DNA of 33,763 bases from IMG/VR virus record IMGVR_UViG_3300042946_001496; one strand, given 5' to 3'. The position numbers were made by a program, and so were the translations under genes. The first letter of the stretch is position 1. Each line of letters begins with the position of its first letter. Below the pieces are notes generated by a model. It saw nothing but the letters and a program-made list of their open reading frames with translations, was not told where the DNA came from and did no database searches. This DNA is from a virus (taxonomy: Duplodnaviria; Heunggongvirae; Uroviricota; Caudoviricetes). Below, one piece after another: positions 23,954-32,578 of the stretch.

Positions 23954-24225
23954 ACAATCTTGATAGTTTCATCAACAAAGATAAAACAAAGTGTTCTAAT
24001 TGTAAAGAATACTTTGATTTGTCAGAAATTTATCCGTATCATGTTGGTAAAAATTTATTAGATTTTTGTTGTAATTGTGTTTTGTCACACATACCATTTG
24101 GACACTTCGACAGCTACTTTACTTCCGGAGAAAAGATTGATGATTGGGCATCAAAAAATCTTTTTTCAAAAAAATATTATGTAGAAAATAACTTTTATGA
24201 TCACTGCCTGAGTTGGAATCGCTAA
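23950..24225 (+). CDS. LxSF-leader zinc finger, family A
   Basis: MNNLDSFINKDKTKCSNCKEYFD...FCCNC. Confidence 0.8.
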   Translation: MNNLDSFINKDKTKCSNCKEYFDLSEIYPYHVGKNLLDFCCNCVLSHIPFGHFDSYFTSGEKIDDWASKNLFSKKYYVENNFYDHCLSWNR

Positions 24226-24334
24226 CCAAACGTAAGCAGCGTGGACGGCTTCCACGACAGGCGTTTAATCTATATGATGTCGCTGTCGATCATTTCTCCC
24301 GCTGACGCTATTTCTTAAACTAACAAACATTAAA

Positions 24335-24351
24335 TTTCTTTTTGGTACGCT
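24335..24351 (+). promoter_or_regulatory. Recurrent motif, copy 4
   Basis: tttctttttggtacgct, intergenic. Confidence 0.6.
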
Positions 24352-24401
24352 CTCCATACGGGGATTTTTTGTGACAACATTATTAATTTTGAGGTAAACT
24401 G

Positions 24402-24602
24402 ATGATTTCATTAAAAGACTTAAAAAGCGAAGACGTTGGAAGATGGGTAAAATACTCTTCGTTCAATAGATTTGAAAAAGGTAAAATTAAAAGCTGGAAC
24501 GATGAGTATGTTTTTGTTGTTTATAAGTGTGGGGATCAATGGGAAAAATATGAAGAATACACAGCAGCAGCAACATTGCCGCAGGATTTAGACTGGATAT
24601 GA
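24402..24602 (+). CDS. Hypothetical protein
   Basis: 66 aa, GAGG upstream. Confidence 0.7.
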   Translation: MISLKDLKSEDVGRWVKYSSFNRFEKGKIKSWNDEYVFVVYKCGDQWEKYEEYTAAATLPQDLDWI

Positions 24603-24826
24603 GCAAAAAACTATTAGAGAATTTTAGGAATGATGATTATATCGCTCCTTTAGGATCTATTTGCGTAGGACCAGAAAAGAACGGTATTCCATATATGTTT
24701 GTTTGGAAAGAAGCTGAAACAATAAGGTTTGAATTTCGAACAATGCCAAAATTTCCTATAATGTTTGACTATAGTGTTTGCCCTGAATTAATAGCAGCTT
24801 TGAACAAACTTCAAAATGAAAACTAA
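24599..24826 (+). CDS. Hypothetical protein with near-motif leader (MSKKLLENF)
   Basis: 75-aa coupled ORF. Confidence 0.65.
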   Translation: MSKKLLENFRNDDYIAPLGSICVGPEKNGIPYMFVWKEAETIRFEFRTMPKFPIMFDYSVCPELIAALNKLQNEN

Positions 24827-24995
24827 AAATAAAAATTTGCTAAAAAGCTTTGATAAAAATATCTGCAAGCGATTTTTTCAGAATGATAAAGGAGAATACA
24901 AGAAAAAATGTTGTGGCGGAATTCTGGAACCTTATAGGATGTTGGGTTACATGTGCAATAAATGTAATACTTTTACTTTTACACTTTATGAATAA
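24816..24995 (+). CDS. LxSF-leader Cys-rich protein (59 aa, not in track)
   Basis: MKTKNKNLLKSFDKNIC...KCCG...MCNKC. Confidence 0.7.
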   Translation: MKTKNKNLLKSFDKNICKRFFQNDKGEYKKKCCGGILEPYRMLGYMCNKCNTFTFTLYE

Positions 24996-25191
24996 AAATA
25001 TTTTACTTTCTTTTGAAAATTTCATTTGCGATCAATGTTCTTGTAATGGAACAGTCAAAAACACTGTAGATTTAAATTGGTATAAAAAAGGATTGATTGT
25101 AGATTTTATTAAGTGTAAAAATTGTGGACATGATTGGTGCTTGAAAAGAAATAAACAAAATGGTAATATTGTTGAAAATGTGGAGCCATAA
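24988..25191 (+). CDS. LxSF-leader zinc ribbon, family D
   Basis: MNKNILLSFENFICDQC...DLNWYKKG...CKNC; ATG 24988. Confidence 0.8.
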   Translation: MNKNILLSFENFICDQCSCNGTVKNTVDLNWYKKGLIVDFIKCKNCGHDWCLKRNKQNGNIVENVEP

Positions 25192-25278
25192 ATAGATAAG
25201 AACATACCATCTTGTGTTGCAAATGAATTAAATGAAGAAATACTGGCTTTGAGGGAGTTGTTAGATTTTTAAAAACCC

Positions 25279-25533
25279 ATGATGAAATCAGAACCAATGT
25301 TTTACAAAGAAGGCACTCTCAAAGGATTCAGGTTTGGAAAAATCTTTAATCGCTATATTATTGATTTTTCAATTTCAAAGGATTACCATTCTTTAGAAGA
25401 CAGGTTTAATCCTTTGTTTGATTTTGGATTTTGTTTTGCAAAAGATGATTTTTTTATTTTGCATGTTGGACTATTTGGAGTTAGTTCCTGGTTTAGACTC
25501 TTTGGCACAGACTACGATACAGGAGAATGGTAA
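25279..25533 (+). CDS. Hypothetical protein
   Basis: 84-aa ORF. Confidence 0.6.
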   Translation: MMKSEPMFYKEGTLKGFRFGKIFNRYIIDFSISKDYHSLEDRFNPLFDFGFCFAKDDFFILHVGLFGVSSWFRLFGTDYDTGEW

Positions 25534-25534
25534 G

Positions 25535-25735
25535 GTGCAAGTTTTTAATAATTTTGAAGAATATACAGAATATAGAAAAAATGCTTTAAAACACATGGAT
25601 GAATGCAACAAGACTGGAGTTTTATTGCCCGGCTTTAAAGACTTTGGTGTTCAAGTTGCTGCATATGATGAATTGAAAAAGAGCCACAAAGATTTGTTGA
25701 TCTTAGAGAAGCAATATGCAAAAAAAACTTCTTAA
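25535..25735 (+). CDS. Hypothetical protein (start uncertain)
   Basis: GTG 25535 in ORF 25418-25735. Confidence 0.5.
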   Translation: MQVFNNFEEYTEYRKNALKHMDECNKTGVLLPGFKDFGVQVAAYDELKKSHKDLLILEKQYAKKTS

Positions 25736-25784
25736 AAGTTTAAGTTAAAACAATATATATTGCGTTAACTTAAAAAGAGGTTTT

Positions 25785-26192
25785 ATGAAAAATTTTGATA
25801 AATGGCTACAAGAAAATGAACTAGTACGAGGAGGAGTGCTATCAAACCCAGTATTAAATGCAAGAAAAGATGATGAAATTGTTCAACAAAAAGGAATGGT
25901 CAAATACAATAAAAGACCAGCGGACCACGATCAATGGAAGTGTAATAAGTGTGGGGAATGGAATAATTCAAATCGTGGGGATAAATGTAGTGCCTGTCGA
26001 AGAGGAAATGGTGGAGAAAGAGTAGAAACTAGAAATGGCTCTATGTTGTTAAAATCAACGATACGGTCATTAGATAACGCTATTCAAGAGTTACGTCCAC
26101 ATCACCTTCTTCTGAGCGTGGTTAATTCACTTGAAGCACAAAAACATAATTTGATCAAACAGCTCGAAGATGTAGCCAGAAAGTTTAAATGA
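25785..26192 (+). CDS. Protein with MKxFxxWLxE N-terminus and a RanBP2-like zinc finger
   Basis: MKNFDKWLQE...WKCNKCGEWNNSNRGDKCSAC. Confidence 0.75.
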   Translation: MKNFDKWLQENELVRGGVLSNPVLNARKDDEIVQQKGMVKYNKRPADHDQWKCNKCGEWNNSNRGDKCSACRRGNGGERVETRNGSMLLKSTIRSLDNAIQELRPHHLLLSVVNSLEAQKHNLIKQLEDVARKFK

Positions 26193-26749
26193 AGAAATTT
26201 TCAACATGGTTAGAAGAATTTTCCGCTCATGATTTCGCTAAAGAAAAGCATGATTCTACTGAAAAAGTAAGAAAACTTTCTGGTCTGCCATATTTTACTC
26301 ATCCAAGTAATGTGGCTGATTTGTTAAAAAGTGCTGGGGCAAGTAAAGAAGTTGTTATGGCTGGTTATCTGCATGACACCACAGAAGACGCTGGTTTTAG
26401 TTTAGAAGAAATAAAAGAAAAATTTGGAAATAGAGTTGCCGAATTGGTTTCCGGCTCAAGCGAACCAGACAAAGGTGCTAGTTGGGATGAAAGAAAACAG
26501 CACACAATTAGTTATCTAAAAAGCATCAAAGACCCAGAAATACTATATGTTGTCGTAGCGGATAAGCTAGACAATGTAACAGATACTCATGTAAATGGCG
26601 GTCCTGGAATATGGAGTAAGTTTAACGCTCCATATGAAAAACAAAAGTGGTATTACAAAACTCTATCGGATATATTTCTTGATAAAATACCAAATTTTTC
26701 ATTAACTCAAAAATACAAAACAATAGTTGAAAAAGTTTTTGATGACTGA
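26189..26749 (+). CDS. HD-domain protein, RelA/SpoT-type (p)ppGpp hydrolase-like (small alarmone hydrolase)
   Basis: H....RK.SG.PY..HP..VA, AGYLHDTTED, FG.RVA.LV, ERK, ADKLDN; N-terminus MKKFSTWLEE. Confidence 0.88.
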   Translation: MKKFSTWLEEFSAHDFAKEKHDSTEKVRKLSGLPYFTHPSNVADLLKSAGASKEVVMAGYLHDTTEDAGFSLEEIKEKFGNRVAELVSGSSEPDKGASWDERKQHTISYLKSIKDPEILYVVVADKLDNVTDTHVNGGPGIWSKFNAPYEKQKWYYKTLSDIFLDKIPNFSLTQKYKTIVEKVFDD

Positions 26750-26751
26750 GT

Positions 26752-26982
26752 ATGCAAAAAAAACTTCTTAAAAGTTTCATAGACAGAAAATGTTATGTCT
26801 GTGCTAGAGTTTTGGAAAAACTTGAAGTATCAGCTATAGTAAATATAGATGGAATTGAAGAACATTATTGTTTATGTTGTCATGTTTTTTCATACCCGCC
26901 GGGAAGCTACCCCACTACGATCTACAGCGTTCCTAAATGCCACAGTAGCACGACTTTGTTTGAGAATCTAAGGGATGGATAA
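26752..26982 (+). CDS. LxSF-leader zinc finger
   Basis: MQKKLLKSFIDRKCYVC...HYCLCC. Confidence 0.75.
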   Translation: MQKKLLKSFIDRKCYVCARVLEKLEVSAIVNIDGIEEHYCLCCHVFSYPPGSYPTTIYSVPKCHSSTTLFENLRDG

Positions 26983-27265
26983 TAAATTACTTGGAAGTTT
27001 CGATCAAAATAAAAGAAAATGCTGTGCATGCGATGAATATTTCGATAAAGATGATCATGAAAATTATAAATGGGATGAAAAATTAGTTTCGCGACAAAAT
27101 ATAGACAATTTTTACGAAAGATATCACGATCGCATTGATACTTTGTTCCACAAACGAAAAACATATTGCCCAAATTGTTTTGAAAAAAAGTATGAATTAG
27201 ATTTGGAAGTGAAGGCTAAGTCTATTCTTAACAAAGCCCCTCCTTGGCTCAAAATAGATGATTAG
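26975..27265 (+). CDS. LxSF-leader zinc finger, family A
   Basis: MDNKLLGSFDQNKRKCCACDEYFD...YCPNC. Confidence 0.8.
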   Translation: MDNKLLGSFDQNKRKCCACDEYFDKDDHENYKWDEKLVSRQNIDNFYERYHDRIDTLFHKRKTYCPNCFEKKYELDLEVKAKSILNKAPPWLKIDD

Positions 27266-27270
27266 TCTTA

Positions 27271-27462
27271 TTACCAATGACGAATAATATTGGCAACAAC
27301 AAAAAAGCAAGTTATAAACTGAACAAAAACTATAATTAGTCTAATAGTGAAGCTTACTACCGCTTCTTGAAAAGTAAGAATAGGAAGATCTGGCTTGTCT
27401 TTATCTTTTAAGCCTATTCTATAGTCTAACGCTCTTGCTAATATAAAAAGCCATCTTTTCAC
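27271..27462 (-). CDS. Small membrane protein ending IRHW
   Basis: GTG start with AAAGGAG RBS; C-terminal TM ending VVANIIRHW resembles a small protein I recall from marine T4-like phages. Confidence 0.65.
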   Translation of the reverse strand: MKRWLFILARALDYRIGLKDKDKPDLPILTFQEAVVSFTIRLIIVFVQFITCFFVVANIIRHW

Positions 27463-27576
27463 TGTAGCTCCTTTCTAAGTAGGAACATCCTTTTTTCTAC
27501 AAGAAAATCCTTTTTCCTACCTTATTTATTACTTTGATTATTAAAAAATAAAAAATTTTTATACTTTATTTTCACG

Positions 27577-27593
27577 TTTCTTTTTGGTACGCT
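27577..27593 (+). promoter_or_regulatory. Recurrent motif, copy 5
   Basis: tttctttttggtacgct in the divergent intergenic region. Confidence 0.6.
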
Positions 27594-27638
27594 ACCTGGT
27601 CGGGAGAGAAGTATACCCCGATATTTAAGGATAATATA

Positions 27639-27893
27639 ATGAGATTTTTGTTTGTTTTAGCTATTTTGTTTTTAGGTGGATGTAGCCCTTCTGATAATGC
27701 TTTTATTAATGCAATAGGTAAAGATCAAAAAATCACCCTTTATTCTAATGATGGTAAGGTCATTCGATCATTCACCTCCGTATCAGTTCCAGAAGTTAAA
27801 GAGGGTGGATATGAATTTAAAGACAAGACTAGTGGTAAATGGGTCTCTATTCGAGGTACAATTGTAGTTGAAACTCTTGCTGAAGAGGAATGA
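27639..27893 (+). CDS. Putative lipoprotein
   Basis: MRFLFVLAILFLGG|C lipobox. Confidence 0.7.
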   Translation: MRFLFVLAILFLGGCSPSDNAFINAIGKDQKITLYSNDGKVIRSFTSVSVPEVKEGGYEFKDKTSGKWVSIRGTIVVETLAEEE

Positions 27894-27949
27894 AATGAAT
27901 AAGCTTACTACAGAGTGTTTGAATTCGTTAGGTGCTGCTCTAAAGCAAT

Positions 27950-28180
27950 TTGGAGAGTTACGCTTTCGATGATAAAGGTCCACACGAGGTAATGGATACT
28001 GATGCTTTGGTGTCGAGTTTCCGAAAATTGTCTGCTGTAGAAGCAGCGGAAGTTCTTTTAGAACTTTCAAATTCTAAAAAATACAAAGGGCGTGGTAGTT
28101 ATCTTGCAAGCTCTCTAGTTGGTGAGATGCAGGATTGGGATGCATTGTTTTCGCAAGAAGGCGTTGAGGATTTGTTATGA
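27950..28180 (+). CDS. Hypothetical protein (start uncertain)
   Basis: TTG-start 76-aa ORF coupled to the next gene. Confidence 0.5.
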   Translation: MESYAFDDKGPHEVMDTDALVSSFRKLSAVEAAEVLLELSNSKKYKGRGSYLASSLVGEMQDWDALFSQEGVEDLL

Positions 28181-28359
28181 GCAGATACACTGAAAAGATG
28201 GAATACTTGCCATTAAATATATTGTTTTGTGCTGTTATTGTGTTTTGGATCTTTTTAATATGGGACTCATTTAGAAAGAAAGAAAACATACCACAAGGTG
28301 TGCCACGGAGAGAAGGCATTCCTTATACCGAGAGTGTGATTGAGCACGAGGCATACTAA
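28177..28359 (+). CDS. Small membrane protein
   Basis: One TM segment, LPLNILFCAVIVFWIFLIW. Confidence 0.6.
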   Translation: MSRYTEKMEYLPLNILFCAVIVFWIFLIWDSFRKKENIPQGVPRREGIPYTESVIEHEAY

Positions 28360-28360
28360 A

Positions 28361-28564
28361 ATGATAGATCTAGTCGTAGAGAACAAAGATGGTAAATACT
28401 CAGTAACAGGTGGTCCTGAAAGTGCTATTTTTTGCGGAACAGGAAGCACACTTGACGAAGCAATAGGCTCATTACTCAAAACAGAGAAGCAGTTGATTTA
28501 CGATTCTCTATCATTAGAGGTGATCGGTTTTCGATTCCACCCAATACGGCATAGGTCGCACTAA
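28361..28564 (+). CDS. Hypothetical protein, possibly HicB-like fold
   Basis: GTGSTLDEAIGSL resembles the HicB G.T.eEA motif; weak. Confidence 0.45.
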   Translation: MIDLVVENKDGKYSVTGGPESAIFCGTGSTLDEAIGSLLKTEKQLIYDSLSLEVIGFRFHPIRHRSH

Positions 28565-28618
28565 AGATCAATTAGGTCCAAACGAACTGAAGGCATGGAA
28601 CAAATTAAAGGAAGAAAA

Positions 28619-28930
28619 ATGAAAAAGTTTTTGGTTATTTTGTCTTTGATTTTTGTTTTTGGTTGTAACAATAGAAACGATCCTAGAATTGTTTCTATCA
28701 ACGAAAATACTCTTTTAGGTGATGGCGAGTATGTTGGCAAGCTAAGGAATGGAAATATTGTTCGCAGATATATCATTGATATGGGTGGTGCTTCCGCTCA
28801 CTTTGTTTATATCATTGACAACAACCCAGCCGTTTCTATAAATCGTAGTGTTAGTGATGGCGATACTTCAAAAAATGAAACTACTGTTGTTATTGACGGA
28901 ACAAGATACTATCCTGGCGAAAAAGAATAA
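28619..28930 (+). CDS. Putative lipoprotein
   Basis: MKKFLVILSLIFVFG|C; ATG 28619. Confidence 0.7.
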   Translation: MKKFLVILSLIFVFGCNNRNDPRIVSINENTLLGDGEYVGKLRNGNIVRRYIIDMGGASAHFVYIIDNNPAVSINRSVSDGDTSKNETTVVIDGTRYYPGEKE

Positions 28931-28947
28931 GATAAAGGAAAATTAAA

Positions 28948-30345
28948 ATGATGGAAATCAAAGATAAAGAAGGCAATGTCATTGGTTTTGTTAAACTTAA
29001 CGAAGGATACAACATCAAAGACATTATTGGTGCGTTTTCTAAAGCTAAAAATTCTCTTAAAAATCTTGTTAGCATTGATGAAAGTGCCAACAAAAAGCAG
29101 ATACTTTTTAAGTTTGAAAACGGAGAAATTTTCTATGATCTTCCTTCAAAGACTTTTGTTCGATCCAACGGAGTTGTTATAAGCAAAAATTCTTTTAGGG
29201 GTATTGTACTTAATGTCAAAAACAGTCTTGTTTCATATGAACATAAAGGTTCTGTTGATAACTTCTGGCTAGTTTTAGCTGAAAAGACAAATGTAAATTG
29301 GATTAAAACCTTTTTCAAAATAATTGATATCTGGGCTAATAATAAGTATACTCATTATAGAGTTGACGCAAAAGTTAGAAATCTAAGAAATAAAATTGAA
29401 ATTTTAATTAGTGATAAGAATAGGGATGATAAAAAGTTTTTTGATAATATTGAAATTTTTGCCAAACTTCCTAAAATACAGGCTATGGATGAAAATCAGT
29501 TAATAAACCTATACAAAGGGTTAAGTAAAAATAAACTTAGCATTAATGCATTTCAAGTTTCTTTTGACAAGTGGATTCTTGATAATTTTGCTGAAAGAGT
29601 TTCAAACAATTACGTAGAGTCAGAAGAAACTCTTGTAAATTATGCAGGAGACTACCTTCTTTGCCATTCAGGAGGTTTAAAAGATGCGTTTCGATATTGC
29701 TTTGATAATTACAAGGGTGTTATTGTAAAGAAACATATTGAACACATTAAAAAACTTATAGGTTTTGGATACGAATACAAACGATTGATTGACTATCTCT
29801 ACAGAGATATTTATAACCAAGGATTGGAGCTTACTTTTGACGAATACGGCTATAGTGATAACACTATAGAAATGCTGTCTGACTATGCGAGCATGAACGT
29901 TGATATGAAAACAGCGTATGATAAGTACCCTAGATACCTTGCTACTATGCATGATATTGCACAAAAGAACTATGAGATTAGAGAAGATGAAATTCTCAAT
30001 GAAAAGTTCAAAAAGATTGTCAAAAATCTTAAAAACAAAAAGTTAGAGTATTCTAACGATGATTACGTTATTGTTCTTCCTAAGAGCGGCAAAGATTTAA
30101 CTAAGGAAGGTCAGAGCCTTAGTCATTGTGTTGCGAGCTATTACAAGCGAATGGCTCTTGGAGAAACTAATGTTCTTTTTCTAAGAAAAAAGAATTCTAT
30201 TGATGAAAGTCTTGTGACAATTGAACTAAATAATATGTACGAAATTGTTCAGGCAAAGGGGAAGAATAACTCTTCGCCTAAAGAGCCTGAGAAAGAGTTT
30301 GTTGATAGTTACGCCAAGTATCTTTTGGGTCTTAAAAAAGGTTGA
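28948..30345 (+). CDS. PcfJ-domain protein
   Basis: C-terminal YVIVLPKSGKDL.KEG..L.HCVASY...G...LFLR......SLVTIE...IVQ.KG.NN. Confidence 0.85.
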   Translation: MMEIKDKEGNVIGFVKLNEGYNIKDIIGAFSKAKNSLKNLVSIDESANKKQILFKFENGEIFYDLPSKTFVRSNGVVISKNSFRGIVLNVKNSLVSYEHKGSVDNFWLVLAEKTNVNWIKTFFKIIDIWANNKYTHYRVDAKVRNLRNKIEILISDKNRDDKKFFDNIEIFAKLPKIQAMDENQLINLYKGLSKNKLSINAFQVSFDKWILDNFAERVSNNYVESEETLVNYAGDYLLCHSGGLKDAFRYCFDNYKGVIVKKHIEHIKKLIGFGYEYKRLIDYLYRDIYNQGLELTFDEYGYSDNTIEMLSDYASMNVDMKTAYDKYPRYLATMHDIAQKNYEIREDEILNEKFKKIVKNLKNKKLEYSNDDYVIVLPKSGKDLTKEGQSLSHCVASYYKRMALGETNVLFLRKKNSIDESLVTIELNNMYEIVQAKGKNNSSPKEPEKEFVDSYAKYLLGLKKG

Positions 30346-30372
30346 TTTCAAACTTAAAGAAAGGTTAAGAAA

Positions 30373-30621
30373 ATGACTACTACTGCTTCCGCTGCTAACG
30401 CCTCCTCTTCTGTTGTTGATGTTGAAAAGCTTCTTTTTCAACAGGTTGAAAAGCCCAAGAATTACCTTATGACTCGATCTTTTAATGTTTATGATAATCG
30501 TTATCGAATCAACGTTTATCATGAATTGGTTGAAGACAATCTTACCAAGAAGCGAATTCACGCTAGTTATTTTGCTAGGCTTAATGATGACAAGCTTGAA
30601 CTTATTACTTTGAAAACGTGA
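30373..30621 (+). CDS. Hypothetical protein
   Basis: 82 aa, AAGG upstream. Confidence 0.75.
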   Translation: MTTTASAANASSSVVDVEKLLFQQVEKPKNYLMTRSFNVYDNRYRINVYHELVEDNLTKKRIHASYFARLNDDKLELITLKT

Positions 30622-30627
30622 AATAAA

Positions 30628-30876
30628 ATGAAAAATCAAAAAAACAAAGAATCTCTGGATACTTTTTCAGATGTAAAAGAAGAGACTGTTACGATTACTG
30701 TTAAATTAAATGATAAATTGCCAGAGGGAGTTAAGTTTAACAAAGACACTATAGCCAGAATGATTCAAAAAGCTTTAGTAAACTATGGCTCCGACATGTG
30801 TGAGGCAATAACTCAAACTGGCGATTATGAAGATTTCGAATATATTGCAACACAAGTAATTTGGGAAATCAAATGA
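30628..30876 (+). CDS. LxTF-leader protein (singleton)
   Basis: MKNQKNKESLDTF. Confidence 0.7.
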   Translation: MKNQKNKESLDTFSDVKEETVTITVKLNDKLPEGVKFNKDTIARMIQKALVNYGSDMCEAITQTGDYEDFEYIATQVIWEIK

Positions 30877-31088
30877 AAAATCTAAATAGTTTTCTTGATT
30901 TTAAGTTTTATGAAATAACTGTTGGACGAACAGAACACAGTGAGGTTAAAATATGTGTTCAAGCTAAAAATAAATTAGAAGCTATTGAGATGGCTATTGA
31001 AAAAGCACAAAATATAGCTTTCCCAAGAGGAAATCACGCAAATTACAGCGTAGAGCATTTTAAAACAATGGAAAACTATAATGTCTAA
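30873..31088 (+). CDS. LxSF-leader protein (singleton)
   Basis: MKNLNSF; ATGA-coupled. Confidence 0.7.
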   Translation: MKNLNSFLDFKFYEITVGRTEHSEVKICVQAKNKLEAIEMAIEKAQNIAFPRGNHANYSVEHFKTMENYNV

Positions 31089-31197
31089 ATTAAAAATGAA
31101 AGCTCACTTAAAATGATGGTTTACAGGGCGAAATAAAGGAAACTGGCGGTAACATTCCTATTACTTATCCTGACAAGGATCAATAGAAAATAAATTT

Positions 31198-31245
31198 ATG
31201 AATTACAGTAAAAAATTAGTATACGCATTAAGACACAAACAATGA
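31198..31245 (+). pseudogene. kptA 5' remnant
   Basis: MNYSKKLVYALRHKQ*; 31209-31238 matches 4207-4236 at 29/30 nt. Confidence 0.8.
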
Positions 31246-31439
31246 AATACATTATTCAAATTTACATCAAATCTTCAACTGATTCGCCTGTTGGTCGTTG
31301 GGACAATACAAATTGGGGTGGAAATAATATAAAGGTTGTACAAGCTAGAGCAGATAAGATTGCCTCAAAGCCTAATAAATTAAATTTCACAAAAGTCAGG
31401 GTTTTGCAGGTTTTGTCAGAAACTCTAGTGGAGTGTTGA
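31242..31439 (+). CDS. Hypothetical protein occupying a kptA-like slot
   Basis: 65 aa, ATGA-coupled to the kptA remnant. Confidence 0.6.
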   Translation: MKYIIQIYIKSSTDSPVGRWDNTNWGGNNIKVVQARADKIASKPNKLNFTKVRVLQVLSETLVEC

Positions 31440-31458
31440 GGACAACGGAAAATGACAC

Positions 31459-31559
31459 ATCTTAACAAAAAATTTCTTTTTGGTACGCTCCTTTTGGGAA
31501 CAAGGGAGATACTCTATTTCTTGGAGAAAGAATTTAATTAATTTTTCTAATTATGATAA
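31459..31559 (+). repeat. ~100-bp dispersed repeat, copy 2
   Basis: Aligns with 4693-4795. Confidence 0.9.
31473..31489 (+). promoter_or_regulatory. Recurrent motif, copy 6
   Basis: tttctttttggtacgct. Confidence 0.6.
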
Positions 31560-31849
31560 TAACCTACATATTGATAGCTATAAGTTTAATTTTTTCTATT
31601 TTTGCAATACTTTTATCTTGTATTTGCTTTTGTCTTTTAAAGAAAATTAACGAAGAATTAAACAATAACAACAAAGAGTTTAATCTTATCTCAGAAAGAT
31701 TAGATTTGCAATCTTTTCGTATAAGCCAAGCTTTTGACCATGCATTAAATGTGGGACAACATACTGTGGCTTTATACGTGTTAATGAACAAACTGATAGA
31801 ACAGAAAAACGACGACAATGATGCAGATTGGTGGAAAAATAATCAGTGA
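31553..31849 (+). CDS. N-terminal TM plus coiled-coil protein ending DADWWK
   Basis: Hydrophobic residues 1-30; C-terminus NDDNDADWWKNNQ. Confidence 0.7.
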   Translation: MIITYILIAISLIFSIFAILLSCICFCLLKKINEELNNNNKEFNLISERLDLQSFRISQAFDHALNVGQHTVALYVLMNKLIEQKNDDNDADWWKNNQ

Positions 31850-31851
31850 TT

Positions 31852-32034
31852 ATGGAAAAAACTGTTAGTCTAGACAGTTTTGATGATAGCAAAGTAAAAT
31901 GCGATCATTGTAAAAAATATTTTCTTAAAGAAGATACAACTCTTTGTGGAAAGTCAGTCCACAGCAGCAAACTTGTTAATGTTTGCCGTTCTTGTACTAT
32001 CCATTATTGGGAGATAATGGCTAAAAAATGCTAG
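31852..32034 (+). CDS. LxSF-leader zinc finger, family A
   Basis: MEKTVSLDSFDDSKVKCDHCKKYF...VCRSC. Confidence 0.8.
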   Translation: MEKTVSLDSFDDSKVKCDHCKKYFLKEDTTLCGKSVHSSKLVNVCRSCTIHYWEIMAKKC

Positions 32035-32273
32035 ATAGCTTTGACAATAGTAAAAGAAAATGCAATCAATGTAAAAATTATTTTAATGCTAAGCATTCAG
32101 TAAACTCAAACAAACATTTCATTTGTATTGATTGCGGTATAAAAAATATAGTAAAAATGTTTCTTGATTTTAAAGAAAAAAATCCAAATTTTGAAATGCC
32201 CAGAATAGAAAATATTTTAACAAAACAAAACTTTAGCATAGAAGTTGAATATGAATTCAAAATTATTAGATAA
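32028..32273 (+). CDS. LxSF-leader zinc finger, family A
   Basis: MLDSFDNSKRKCNQCKNYF...ICIDC. Confidence 0.8.
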   Translation: MLDSFDNSKRKCNQCKNYFNAKHSVNSNKHFICIDCGIKNIVKMFLDFKEKNPNFEMPRIENILTKQNFSIEVEYEFKIIR

Positions 32274-32499
32274 GATTCTTCATTGTCAAGAAATTCAAAT
32301 ACCGGCAGATATGGCTTTAGGTATTGTTTCTCTATACTTATGCGGGAAAAAATCTTCTAATGAAGAATTGAGGGATTATTGCGATAATTGGCAAGAAGAA
32401 AATGGCGATGCGACTTATGATAAAATTATTACTTATGTTCAAGAATTGGGTTACATAAGAGAGATAACTGAAATAGCTTTTGATTCTGATTCACAATAA
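32251..32499 (+). CDS. Hypothetical protein
   Basis: MNSKLLDKI...; start 32245 or 32251. Confidence 0.6.
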   Translation: MNSKLLDKILHCQEIQIPADMALGIVSLYLCGKKSSNEELRDYCDNWQEENGDATYDKIITYVQELGYIREITEIAFDSDSQ

Positions 32500-32578
32500 C
32501 AAAAAGGAAAAAATCAGGCGATCCAGATTTTTGAAAAAAACTTAAAAGTTGGCACGAACAACAGCAAAATCAAACATT

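Noticed and set aside
24226-24315. Structured ncRNA in a GC-richer gap (cgtgga/tccacg hairpin)
   Set aside because: Only a 6-bp stem, with no second copy or family match I can recognise; it could be a gene remnant.
27895-27975. Frameshifted 5' part of ORF 27950
   Set aside because: A short ATG frame exists, but no motif or slippery site supports joining them.
32549-32565. Canonical sigma-54 promoter (ttggcacgaacaacagc)
   Set aside because: GG-to-GC spacing is 11 rather than 10 and TTGC is absent.
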